45,520 nucleotides of DNA from Candidatus Magasanikiibacteriota bacterium (lineage in GTDB: Bacteria > Patescibacteriota > Patescibacteriia > Magasanikbacterales > UBA10003), in contig JACROI010000021.1 of assembly GCA_016214465.1 (NCBI GenBank), forward strand, positions 1 to 45,520. The letters are read 5' to 3'. The translations under genes were made by a program, and so were the position numbers. The notes under the pieces are model-generated. The model saw only the letters and a program-made list of their open reading frames with translations. It did no database searches and had not been told where the DNA came from. Positions 16,305 through 24,345 of the stretch are shown here, one piece after another. Every line of letters starts with the position of its first letter. The stretch's first letter is position 1.

Positions 16305-17771
16305 ATGTCTTCAAACATCGCTAAAAATACGATTTTTCTCACCTCCGCGTCTGTGGCGCAGAAGATTTTTTCTTTTATATATTTTACGCTTTTAGCGCGT
16401 TTTATTGGCGTGGAAAATACCGGACTTTATATCACCGCTCTTTCTTTTTCCAGTTTATTTTCGGTTCTGACTGATTTGGGTTTGAATCCGGTTTTAATAC
16501 GCGAAGGAGCAAAAGACAATCAAAACATAGCCAAAGTTTTAGGAAACATTTTGACGATAAAATTGTTTTTAGTCGCGGCGGCTTATGGCGTTTTGAATTT
16601 GGTGGTATATTTAATGGGCTATGGCGCGGACTTGAAAGAATTGATTTTGATTTCCGGCCTGATCATGGTTTTGGATTCTTTCAGTTTAAGTTTTTATGGC
16701 GCTCTGCGCTCTTTGCAAAATCTCCGTTTTGAATCAATCGGCGTGGCTGGAGGGCAACTGATGACAGTGATTGTCGGATTTATTGTGTTATATTTTAAAG
16801 GCGGAGTAATGATTTTACTTTTAGCTTTGGCTTCTGGCAGTTTGTTTAATGCGTTGTGGGGATTATCAGCTCTGATTCGGCGTTATCACATTTGGCCGCG
16901 TTTTTTCTTTACGCCGGCGCTTTTGAAAAGAATTATTTATTATGCCGCGCCGTTTGCTCTTGCAGGGATTTTTGTAAAAGTATATTCATATGTTGATGTC
17001 GTCATGCTTTCCAAAATGCTTGGCAGTCAGGCAGTGGGTTGGTATGGAGTCGCGGCGAAAATTACTTTTGCTTTTCAATTCATACCAATGGCTTTTGCCG
17101 CCTCACTTTATCCTGCCATGAGTAATTTTTTTGTTTATGATAAAGATCGGCTCAAAATGACTTTTGAAAAAGGAATGTTGTATTTGGCCATGCTCGCTCT
17201 CCCGATTGGCGCAGGGCTAATCGCCATTGCCGGAATTTTTGTTACTAATGTCTATGGCGCGTCGTATCAATCATCAGTTTTGCCTTTACAAATCATGGCC
17301 GGCAGTTTGATTTTTTCTTTTTTAGGTTTTCCAATCGGTTCTCTTTTAAACGCCTGTCACCGCCAAAATATCCAAACATCTGCCATGGGCGCGACTATGG
17401 TGATAAATATTGTGATGAATTTAATTTTAATTCCTTGGATTGGAATTATTGGCTCGGCCATCGCGGCTTTGGTTGGAAATTTTTTGTTAATGTTAATTGG
17501 GTTTTTTTGGGTGCCGAAAATCATCACTATGCCTGATAGAATTTTTTGGTTGAATATTTTGAAAGTGCTTCTGTCATCAGCTATTATGGGACTTTTGGTA
17601 TGGATAGCACAGCCGGTGTTATTGAAATATCTTCAGCCGCAGGGTTTGGCTAAGTCCATCGCATATTTGGGAATTTTGATTTTATTCGGCGTAGTGATGT
17701 ATGCCTGCATGCTTTGGGTATGGAAATTAGTAAGCAAAAAAGATTTAATTTTAATTTTTCGTCGTAATTAA
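16305..17771 (+). CDS. Polysaccharide/oligosaccharide flippase (Wzx, MOP superfamily)
   Basis: 488 aa with ~12-14 TM helices. N-terminal NTIFLTSASVAQKIFSFIYFTLLARFIG.E..G.Y is typical of Wzx/polysacc_synt proteins. Confidence 0.7.
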   Translation: MSSNIAKNTIFLTSASVAQKIFSFIYFTLLARFIGVENTGLYITALSFSSLFSVLTDLGLNPVLIREGAKDNQNIAKVLGNILTIKLFLVAAAYGVLNLVVYLMGYGADLKELILISGLIMVLDSFSLSFYGALRSLQNLRFESIGVAGGQLMTVIVGFIVLYFKGGVMILLLALASGSLFNALWGLSALIRRYHIWPRFFFTPALLKRIIYYAAPFALAGIFVKVYSYVDVVMLSKMLGSQAVGWYGVAAKITFAFQFIPMAFAASLYPAMSNFFVYDKDRLKMTFEKGMLYLAMLALPIGAGLIAIAGIFVTNVYGASYQSSVLPLQIMAGSLIFSFLGFPIGSLLNACHRQNIQTSAMGATMVINIVMNLILIPWIGIIGSAIAALVGNFLLMLIGFFWVPKIITMPDRIFWLNILKVLLSSAIMGLLVWIAQPVLLKYLQPQGLAKSIAYLGILILFGVVMYACMLWVWKLVSKKDLILIFRRN

Positions 17772-17785
17772 TAGATAATTTTATA

Positions 17786-17855
17786 GAGAAGCGCCTATAT
17801 CTTTTTTGCAGTCGCGGCGATAGTCCGCAGCAAAAAAAAGATATAGGCGCTTCTC
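17786..17855 (+). repeat. H-family 70-nt hairpin element (copy 1)
   Basis: Stem gagaagcgcctatatc pairs with gatataggcgcttctc. It encloses the conserved core ttttttgcagtcgcggcgatagtccgcagcaaaaaaaa. The left flank is attttatag, as in copy 2. Confidence 0.8.
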
Positions 17856-17866
17856 GTCAGTATTTT

Positions 17867-18925
17867 GTGACTTTAAAAAAAATACCCAAAATCTTTCTAA
17901 TTACACTTGAATTTCCTCCACAAATCGGCGGAGTGAGCCGGTATTATGACGGATTGGTAAAACATTGGAGCGGGGAAATCAAAGTAATGCCTGCCAATTT
18001 AAAATGTCCTTTGTGGCCGCATTGGCTGCCTTTGATTTGGCGTGTCGGCAAAATTGTTAAAAAAGAGAAAATTGAAATGCTTTGGGTCGGGCAAGTGTTA
18101 CCTGTTGGATATGTTGCTTTGTGGTTTAAAAGACGCAAGAAAGTTCCATATACGGTTTTTACGCACGGAATGGATATTTTAGTTCCGCAAAAATCGCGTT
18201 GGAAAAAATATTGGTTGAAAAAGATTTTATTCAACGCTGAATTGGTGGTGGCAAACAGCCAATTTACTCGTGGCGAATTAATTAAATTGGGGGTTGTGGA
18301 GTGGAGAATTATTGTAGTATATCCGTGTCCTGTGGAAATGAAAGATTCTTCACTCGCTTTGCTCCCTCAAAATGACATAGAGAAAATTATCCTCTCTGTC
18401 GGCCGGCTGGTTAAACGCAAAGGTTTTGATAAAGTAATTGATGTCATGCCGCGACTGCTCAAGCGCGTGCCTGATTTGAAATATGTGATTATTGGCAACG
18501 GACCGGAGATAGCGGCGTTGCAAAATCAAATAGCCGAGTTGGGATTGTCGGACAATGTGGAAATCTTGGAAAAAGTATACGATAAAGAATTGCAAGAGTG
18601 GTATAATAAATGCACGCTTTTTGCGCTTCCATGTCGTCAGATTGGGGTTGATGTTGAAGGTTTTGGCCTGGTATTTTTAGAAGCGGCTTTGGCTGGCAAA
18701 CCGGTGGTAGCTGGCAATAGCGGCGGCGCGCCGGAAACAATTCGTCACGGCTATGGCGGATTTGTGATTGAACCTGATTCACCGGACGAACTTTATCAGG
18801 CCTTGTTGAAAATTTTGACTGATGAACCGTTTGCGAATCGTTTGGGCGACTATGGTTGTGATTGGGTCAGTAGGAATTTTCAGTGGGAGAAAGAGATAGA
18901 AAAGTTGAAAGAGAAGATAAATTAA
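17867..18925 (+). CDS. Glycosyltransferase family 4 (GT-B, group 1)
   Basis: GTG start. GG..RY, SVGRLVKRKGFD, EGFGLVFLEAALAGKPVVAGNSGGAPE (E.7E region). Confidence 0.8.
   Translation: MTLKKIPKIFLITLEFPPQIGGVSRYYDGLVKHWSGEIKVMPANLKCPLWPHWLPLIWRVGKIVKKEKIEMLWVGQVLPVGYVALWFKRRKKVPYTVFTHGMDILVPQKSRWKKYWLKKILFNAELVVANSQFTRGELIKLGVVEWRIIVVYPCPVEMKDSSLALLPQNDIEKIILSVGRLVKRKGFDKVIDVMPRLLKRVPDLKYVIIGNGPEIAALQNQIAELGLSDNVEILEKVYDKELQEWYNKCTLFALPCRQIGVDVEGFGLVFLEAALAGKPVVAGNSGGAPETIRHGYGGFVIEPDSPDELYQALLKILTDEPFANRLGDYGCDWVSRNFQWEKEIEKLKEKIN
18343..18377 (+). repeat. P-family arm inserted in frame in the GT4 gene (encodes DSSLALLPQNDI)
   Basis: agattcttcactcgctttgctccctcaaaatgaca resembles gattcttcggctttgcctcagaatgaca (7813-7840). 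Confidence 0.65.
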
Positions 18926-18928
18926 AAT

Positions 18929-19642
18929 ATGTTAAACACCATCTCGGTTATTATTCCTAATTACAATCATGCTTATGTTTTGATGCGTGCATTGGAGAGT
19001 GTGGCAGGACAAAATCGGAAAGATATTGAAATTATTGTAGTTGACGATGGTTCTGACGAAACGCAAAAAGAGCATCTGCGCAAAAAAATCATGCCGCAAT
19101 GGCCACAAGTGAAATTTATTTTTTCCTCGCATGCTGGCGCGGCGACGGCGCGCAATAGTGGATTTAGAGAATCAATCGGCGAGTATGTAATTTTTTGGGA
19201 CGCGGATATTGCAGGCCAGCCGGATATGCTTGCCAAAATGAAAAAAGCCTTGGATGAACATCCAGAGGCCTCTTACGCGTATTCTTCTTTTAAATTTGGT
19301 TGGAAAAAATTTGTTTGCGGGCAATTTGATGCCGAGCGTTTGAAACAAATGAATTTTATCACCACCACTTCGCTCATCCGTCGAGAACATTTTCCCGGAT
19401 TTGACGAATCATTGAAAAAATTTCAGGATTGGGATTTGTGGCTGACCTTGCTGGATCAAAGCCATATTGGCGTTTGGGTGCCGGAAGTTTTATTTCACAT
19501 CGCGCTAAAAGGCACTATGAGCCAGTGGCTTCCGTCTTTTGTGTATCATTTTCCCTGGTTGCCCTTATCCGCGATTAAAAAATATTTTTATTGGAAAACA
19601 ATAGTGCAAAAAAAGCATGGAATTAATGCAAATAGCCATTGA
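18929..19642 (+). CDS. Glycosyltransferase family 2
   Basis: ISVIIPNYNHAYVLMRALESV..Q....IEIIVVDDGSDE, then ARNSGF....GEYV.F.DAD. Confidence 0.8.
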   Translation: MLNTISVIIPNYNHAYVLMRALESVAGQNRKDIEIIVVDDGSDETQKEHLRKKIMPQWPQVKFIFSSHAGAATARNSGFRESIGEYVIFWDADIAGQPDMLAKMKKALDEHPEASYAYSSFKFGWKKFVCGQFDAERLKQMNFITTTSLIRREHFPGFDESLKKFQDWDLWLTLLDQSHIGVWVPEVLFHIALKGTMSQWLPSFVYHFPWLPLSAIKKYFYWKTIVQKKHGINANSH

Positions 19643-20561
19643 TAAATGCTTCGGCAGTCATTATTTTTTTTCCTTCCGGCTGTAATTCGTCAATTATTAA
19701 TGTCTGTCCATCGCCGGCAACAGCGCCGAGCGTTTTTTTGTTTAATTTGATAAATGGAGAGGATAATTTTTTCTCCATTTTTGAAATAACATTGAAATCA
19801 GCGGCCAGGCTCATTTTTAAAATTTTGATTTTCATTTTTTTTCCACCAAACATTGCCTCGGTAAACACACCAGGCCAGGGTTGAAGTGCTCGCCATTGGT
19901 TGTAAATTTTTTCGGCTGATTTACTCCAATCAATTTGTCCATCTTCCCGTTTAAATTCGCGGCAATAAGTGGCTAAATTATTATCTTGCGCTTGGGGCTG
20001 GATTTGACCCGAAACATAGCCACGGACGGCCTCTGTAAGCGTTTCGGAGGCGATTTGAGCGAGTTTTTGAGCGAGTGTGGTATAAGTTTCATTTGGTTCA
20101 ATTTGGGCTTGTTTTTGAAGCAAAATCGGGCCTGTGTCCAGCCCCTCATCCATTTTCATAATCGTGACGCCGGTTTTGTTTTCGCCATTGAGAATTGCCG
20201 ACTGAATTGGTGAAGCGCCGCGATATTTTGGCAGAAGCGAGGGGTGGATGTTGATAATACCATGCGGCAATGATTTTAAAATTTGTTTTGGTATGAGCAA
20301 GCCATATTGCACGGCAATGCCTAAATTCGCACCAGTCTGTAGATTAAAATTTTTAAGTGTGCTTGGTTGCTCCACTTTGAGTCCATTTTTTTTCGCCAAA
20401 ATTTTTATCGGCGGCTGGTGAAGTTTGTGTTCTCGTCCAATCGGTTTATCCGGCCGGGTTACCACCATTTTAATTTCAAAATCATGGCTGTCAATCAGTC
20501 CCTGCAAAATCGTGGCGGCAAAATCCTCGGTGCCAAAAAAAATGATTGAGTTTTTTTTCAT
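19623..20561 (-). CDS. fmt: Methionyl-tRNA formyltransferase
   Basis: IIFFGTEDFAATILQGL, HPSLLPKYRGASPIQSAILNGE..TGVTIM.MDEGLDTGPIL. Confidence 0.9.
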   Translation of the reverse strand: MKKNSIIFFGTEDFAATILQGLIDSHDFEIKMVVTRPDKPIGREHKLHQPPIKILAKKNGLKVEQPSTLKNFNLQTGANLGIAVQYGLLIPKQILKSLPHGIINIHPSLLPKYRGASPIQSAILNGENKTGVTIMKMDEGLDTGPILLQKQAQIEPNETYTTLAQKLAQIASETLTEAVRGYVSGQIQPQAQDNNLATYCREFKREDGQIDWSKSAEKIYNQWRALQPWPGVFTEAMFGGKKMKIKILKMSLAADFNVISKMEKKLSSPFIKLNKKTLGAVAGDGQTLIIDELQPEGKKIMTAEAFINGYLH

Positions 20562-21007
20562 TTGTCAATGATTAAAATTCCGTCCAAGTGGTCAATTTCA
20601 TGTTGGATTACGCGGGCGAATAAATCTTCGGCTTGGAAATTTATTGGTTTGCCTTTGGCATCCAAGGCCTTGATTGTAATTTTGGCAAAACGCGCCACTT
20701 CTTTCCGTACGCCCGGCACAGACAAGCAACCCTCTTCATCTTTTACTCGCTTCCAAGAATGTTTGACTATTTTTGGATTGATCAAAATACAGTCCTTTTT
20801 ATCTGGGGTTCCTTCTTTTCCAATAATCGCCAGTCGGATATTTTGGCCAATTTGCGGCGCTGCCAGGCCAACGCCATCAGCGCAATACATAGTTTCAATC
20901 ATATCCAAAAATAGCGGCTTTAATTTTAAAATTTCCGTTGGCTTCACCGCTACAGATTTTTGCCGCAGAGACGATTCAGGAATTGTCAGAATTGATAATA
21001 TTGGCAT
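20558..21007 (-). CDS. def: Peptide deformylase
   Basis: GVGLAAPQIG, EGCLSVPG, QHEIDHLDG. There is an ATGA overlap with fmt. Confidence 0.9.
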   Translation of the reverse strand: MPILSILTIPESSLRQKSVAVKPTEILKLKPLFLDMIETMYCADGVGLAAPQIGQNIRLAIIGKEGTPDKKDCILINPKIVKHSWKRVKDEEGCLSVPGVRKEVARFAKITIKALDAKGKPINFQAEDLFARVIQHEIDHLDGILIIDK

Positions 21008-21248
21008 TTTTTTTGGTTTTCCAGAAAAATAATTTTATTTTATTATCGCAATCAGCCTGCTTGACTTCGGAAAAAATTCGTTTGGCTTCTTGGACTCCGA
21101 TTCGTTTGATGGCGCCAAGATACATGCCAAAGCGGCCGCGTTCGCCGAAAAATGTGGAAATTTCATCGGCCAGATAATGAATTTCCGAATGAATATTTTT
21201 ATTTTTTTCCGGCAGTTTACTTTTTAGGATCTGGCCGATACCTTGCAT
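20976..21248 (-). CDS. Small hypothetical protein (90 aa)
   Basis: Open frame directly upstream of def, overlapping it by 32 nt. The composition looks coding (YLADEISTFFGERGRFGMYLGAIKRIGVQEAKRIFSEVKQ). I recognise no motif. Confidence 0.4.
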   Translation of the reverse strand: MQGIGQILKSKLPEKNKNIHSEIHYLADEISTFFGERGRFGMYLGAIKRIGVQEAKRIFSEVKQADCDNKIKLFFWKTKKNANIINSDNS

Positions 21249-21255
21249 ATGTTTA

Positions 21256-21405
21256 GCAGGCTCGGCAGATTATTTTTTTAGCTAGGATAAACTCGCCTGG
21301 CCTTTCAGGCCACCGGACTCGGCGTTCTCTACCTTAGCCATCGCAGAACGCCTCGTCCTGGCTCAAACATATCCTAGCTTCAAAAAATTATCTGCCTCCG
21401 CCTGC
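21256..21405. repeat. SE-family ~150-nt GC-rich structured palindromic element (copy 1)
   Basis: A long outer stem (gcaggc..ggcagat..agctaggata with tatcctagct..atctgcc..gcctgc) encloses hairpins ggcc-tttca-ggcc and ggcgttct-N16-agaacgcc. About 90% identical to the reverse complement of 37305-37455. Confidence 0.8.
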
Positions 21406-21412
21406 TTTAAAT

Positions 21413-22207
21413 TTATTCTAATACAAACTCCGCCACCAAATACCCGACTCCCAACGGCCCTTCGTAAGATAATATTTTTAATTTGTAATTTACTCTTTGT
21501 AAAATTCCCAATAAAATCAGGAAGGAACGTCGTCCGCACTCGGCCGCTGATTCGCAAATTTGCGGTTCCAAATTCAACAGGGCGGTGGTGTTGTGATTTT
21601 TCAGATTTTCCATCAAGTTTTCGTCAAATTTTTTGCCCTCTAATGAAAATCCTGCTGGAGCGTCTGAAGTAAGGGCATGAGACAGGTCGCCGGAAGCAAT
21701 CACAGCCACGCGGCGATTGGTGGACATAATTTCCTCTTTGAGCAAATAGCCGAAATTCAAATGCTGTTTCGGCTCTAACAGCGAATAGCTCAAAGGAATA
21801 ATTTTAACCTCCGGCAGATGTTTTGTCAAGTAGTGCAGAGGCACGGCCGAACCATAATCAAGAGCATGGTCGGTATAAAGAGCTAGTGGAATTTCTTTTA
21901 ATTTTGCTTCATTGGAAATCCTCGCAATCATGGTCATGTCTGATTGGTATTGTGTTTGGGTGGTCAGATCGCCGAATTCGCGCAAATCCACAGTGTAGGT
22001 CGGGTTTGTGTTAATGGAAAAAGCGTCTGGCAAAATGCGGCCATGCGGAGAAATAATTAAAATAGTGTCGGGCTTGGCAACGTACAAATTCTCCTCCATT
22101 TTTTCCAAGGCATTTTTGGTGGCTTGGATTTTGATAATGTTGTCTTTGCCAATATCCGGAATCAAAATCGGCGGATGCGGAGTAATGGCGGCGAAAACTA
22201 ATGGCAT
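21413..22207 (-). CDS. Class III extradiol dioxygenase (LigB) family protein
   Basis: AAITPHPPILIP, ILIISPHG, DHALDYGSAVPLHYL, VAVIASGDLSHAL. Confidence 0.6.
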   Translation of the reverse strand: MPLVFAAITPHPPILIPDIGKDNIIKIQATKNALEKMEENLYVAKPDTILIISPHGRILPDAFSINTNPTYTVDLREFGDLTTQTQYQSDMTMIARISNEAKLKEIPLALYTDHALDYGSAVPLHYLTKHLPEVKIIPLSYSLLEPKQHLNFGYLLKEEIMSTNRRVAVIASGDLSHALTSDAPAGFSLEGKKFDENLMENLKNHNTTALLNLEPQICESAAECGRRSFLILLGILQRVNYKLKILSYEGPLGVGYLVAEFVLE

Positions 22208-22229
22208 ACAAGTATATTATAGTATTTTA

Positions 22230-23654
22230 TTAATTTTTAGCCAATGGTTCGGCTGGCGGAGCGATTGCAATGGGGGAGCCGAGTGCGTGCAATTCCAGCG
22301 CTGGTTGTGCGACAGTGATAATATTCGTCCAATTTAATCCAAGAGTATTGAATGTCGCTTCATCGGCAATAGGTCGGCGTTCAGCATTGGAAATCAAGAA
22401 AATTTCCGGCGAGTCGGCAATTTTAAGTAAGGCGCCGTCATTAAATTTAATCGGTTCGCCATCAGAATATTTTTTTAGCTCCGTGGCTGCGGCCAATCGC
22501 GCTTTTTTATTTGGCCAATTTGTTTGCGCGATTTTTTTATCCAAAATCGCGTGTTTGATACTGTTTTCCACAAAAAATAATTCTTTGGTTTTTGAATTTT
22601 GCATCAATGCGCCCAAAGGAAATTTTTTGTCTTTAACAATCGGCTCGCCCAAAGTATAGACAGCCAGTTCTTCATCGCTGACTTTGACAACTTCATCAGG
22701 ATCAAAACCAAAATAGCGGAAAGCGGTTTTGTCAATCATGCGTCGAACACTCCCTGACAGCAAGTAAATTTCTCCAGCCGGATTTTTGAGTAATGAAAAA
22801 TCAGGATATTTTATTTTTGCGCCGACTTCATATTGTTCCAATAAATCAGCAATGGTTATCAAAACTTCATTGGCTTTCCAGCGAGAATTAAATGCGGCCG
22901 TGGATAGTGGATATCTTCGTCCATTTTTTATCAGCCAGATTTGTGAATCATCGCTGGCGCGAACAATCACGCCATCAGGAAAAATTTGCGTTCCGCCAAA
23001 CCATCTCTGCCAAATTTTCCAAAAATTGTAATTTCCACGAAAATGCGGAGTGTAGGTGTAAAGCAAGGCTGTGGCGCGATTGGCCGGAATCACGGGAATG
23101 GAATCAATGCTATAAAGCAAGCCGGGTTTTTTCAGCCAGATCTCGGGCGGATTGTCCAGAAAATAGCGGAAAGAAGCGGCGGCGGAATCAATTTGTTTGA
23201 CCAGTCCTTTGAATTTGATAATTGACGGATCATTTTGGTCGCAAGCGTCACAGCGAGCATAGCCGGTAGCCCAATCAAAATTGTATTGACTGGGAGTGGA
23301 ATTTTCAATCAAGCTTTGTTCTTTTTGCAATAACACCAATAGCACGCGCGGATTGATTTGATAATTTTGCGCTGCTTGAAAAATTATCTCCGTGGCTGTT
23401 TTATTCAGTCCTGTGGCAGGGTCAATTATTTCGTAATTGGACAAGGCACCGGATTTGTTTTTCAAAAAGGCCGCGATGTCTTCGTGGCTCATCGTATTGG
23501 CATTGGTCAATTCATCATCAGTGATAATCATGTTGGGATTAAAGTCAGGATCAACCGCGCTGTCCATAGCCGGAATTTGCGCCAAAGCAGGTGAGGCGAA
23601 TAAAACAAAATTAGCTAAAAATGCCCAAATTATAGTTTTTTTGGATGTGGTCAT
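22230..23654 (-). CDS. Secreted protein with a putative cell-wall-hydrolase-like N-domain and repeated C-terminal modules
   Basis: Signal peptide IIWAFLANFVLFASPALAQ. NPRVLLVLLQKEQSLIEN resembles a motif I recall from peptidoglycan-hydrolase-associated domains. Confidence 0.5.
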   Translation of the reverse strand: MTTSKKTIIWAFLANFVLFASPALAQIPAMDSAVDPDFNPNMIITDDELTNANTMSHEDIAAFLKNKSGALSNYEIIDPATGLNKTATEIIFQAAQNYQINPRVLLVLLQKEQSLIENSTPSQYNFDWATGYARCDACDQNDPSIIKFKGLVKQIDSAAASFRYFLDNPPEIWLKKPGLLYSIDSIPVIPANRATALLYTYTPHFRGNYNFWKIWQRWFGGTQIFPDGVIVRASDDSQIWLIKNGRRYPLSTAAFNSRWKANEVLITIADLLEQYEVGAKIKYPDFSLLKNPAGEIYLLSGSVRRMIDKTAFRYFGFDPDEVVKVSDEELAVYTLGEPIVKDKKFPLGALMQNSKTKELFFVENSIKHAILDKKIAQTNWPNKKARLAAATELKKYSDGEPIKFNDGALLKIADSPEIFLISNAERRPIADEATFNTLGLNWTNIITVAQPALELHALGSPIAIAPPAEPLAKN

Positions 23655-23695
23655 GAGAAGATTATATCAAATAAATTGCGTATTAACAAAAACCA

Positions 23696-23813
23696 AGACC
23701 GTCCAACAACTCGTTTTTTGTCATTGCGAGCGAAGCGAAGCAATCTCTTTTGGCTTAAAACGAGATTGCTTCGTCGCTTCGCTCCTCGCAATGACAGTTG
23801 TTGGACAGTCTGG
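23696..23813. repeat. 118-bp composite palindromic element (copy 1), in the spacer between two minus-strand genes
   Basis: Outer inverted repeat: gaccgtccaacaact with agttgttggacagtc. Inner P-family arms: tgtcattgcgagcgaagcgaagcaatctc and gagattgcttcgtcgcttcgctcctcgcaatgaca. Identical over 118 nt to 38987-39104. Confidence 0.9.
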
Positions 23814-23824
23814 GTTTGATTATT

Positions 23825-24343
23825 TTATTCTCTAATCGGCATTATTTTTTTTCTCGCCATCCAATATCTCACTCCTTCATAGCACCCAAATAACACGGCC
23901 ACATAAAAAATATCACCCAAAAGCATATTGCGCCAGAATGGAATGGCGGCGATGTAGCTGGCTAAAAGTCCGTCGCTTGTAAATGGATAGAGTGTGCCAA
24001 ACTGCCAAACCGCCAAATTAGTCACTAGAAAAAAAATAGTTGAGCTGGCCAGAGTGGCGCCAAAAGTGGTGACGACTCCGCGGTGTTTGCCTAGCCACCA
24101 GCCCAAGAAACCGGACACGGCAAAGCTCCCGTACACGGAAATCATAATTGGCGCGCTGTAAAAGCCGATGAATAAATCACTCAAAAACATGGCGGCCATT
24201 GGCAGAAGAATGCTCAATCTTTTGTTTAAATAAACGCCGGAAAAAAGCGCCACGGCGGCAATAGGCGTGAAATTGGCCGGATGCGGCAGAAACCGCGCCG
24301 CAATGGCCAGAAGCACGAGAAAATATGGAAAGAATTTTTGCAT
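23825..24343 (-). CDS. Small ~6-TM membrane protein, last gene of the riboswitch-controlled operon (candidate corrinoid transporter or S-component)
   Basis: 172 aa and almost entirely hydrophobic. LPHPANFTPIAAVALFSGVYL. The start lies 2 nt after the stop of the upstream gene. Confidence 0.6.
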   Translation of the reverse strand: MQKFFPYFLVLLAIAARFLPHPANFTPIAAVALFSGVYLNKRLSILLPMAAMFLSDLFIGFYSAPIMISVYGSFAVSGFLGWWLGKHRGVVTTFGATLASSTIFFLVTNLAVWQFGTLYPFTSDGLLASYIAAIPFWRNMLLGDIFYVAVLFGCYEGVRYWMARKKIMPIRE

Positions 24344-24345
24344 AT

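Noticed and set aside
21256-21405. SE element considered as SRP (4.5S) RNA, a guanidine-III/ykkC-type riboswitch (it contains GGACGAGG), or a hammerhead ribozyme (it contains CUGAAAG).
   Set aside because: It lacks the SRP domain IV signature (GGUCC-GGAA-GGAAGCAGCC) and the hammerhead CUGAUGA/GAAAC cores. It occurs twice in opposite orientations. It is not positioned as a 5' leader of a transporter. The similarity is limited to short GC-rich words.
23437-23835. ORFs running through palindromic repeats (23437-23835, 28913-29173, 39089-39274, and the TTG-initiated N-terminus at 27292).
   Set aside because: Their only distinctive peptides (CHCERSEAISFGLKRDCFVASLLAMT, MATVRSKKKKLERPN, MLDSRFRGNDKK) are translations of the repeat arms. 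They overlap better-supported genes or spacers.
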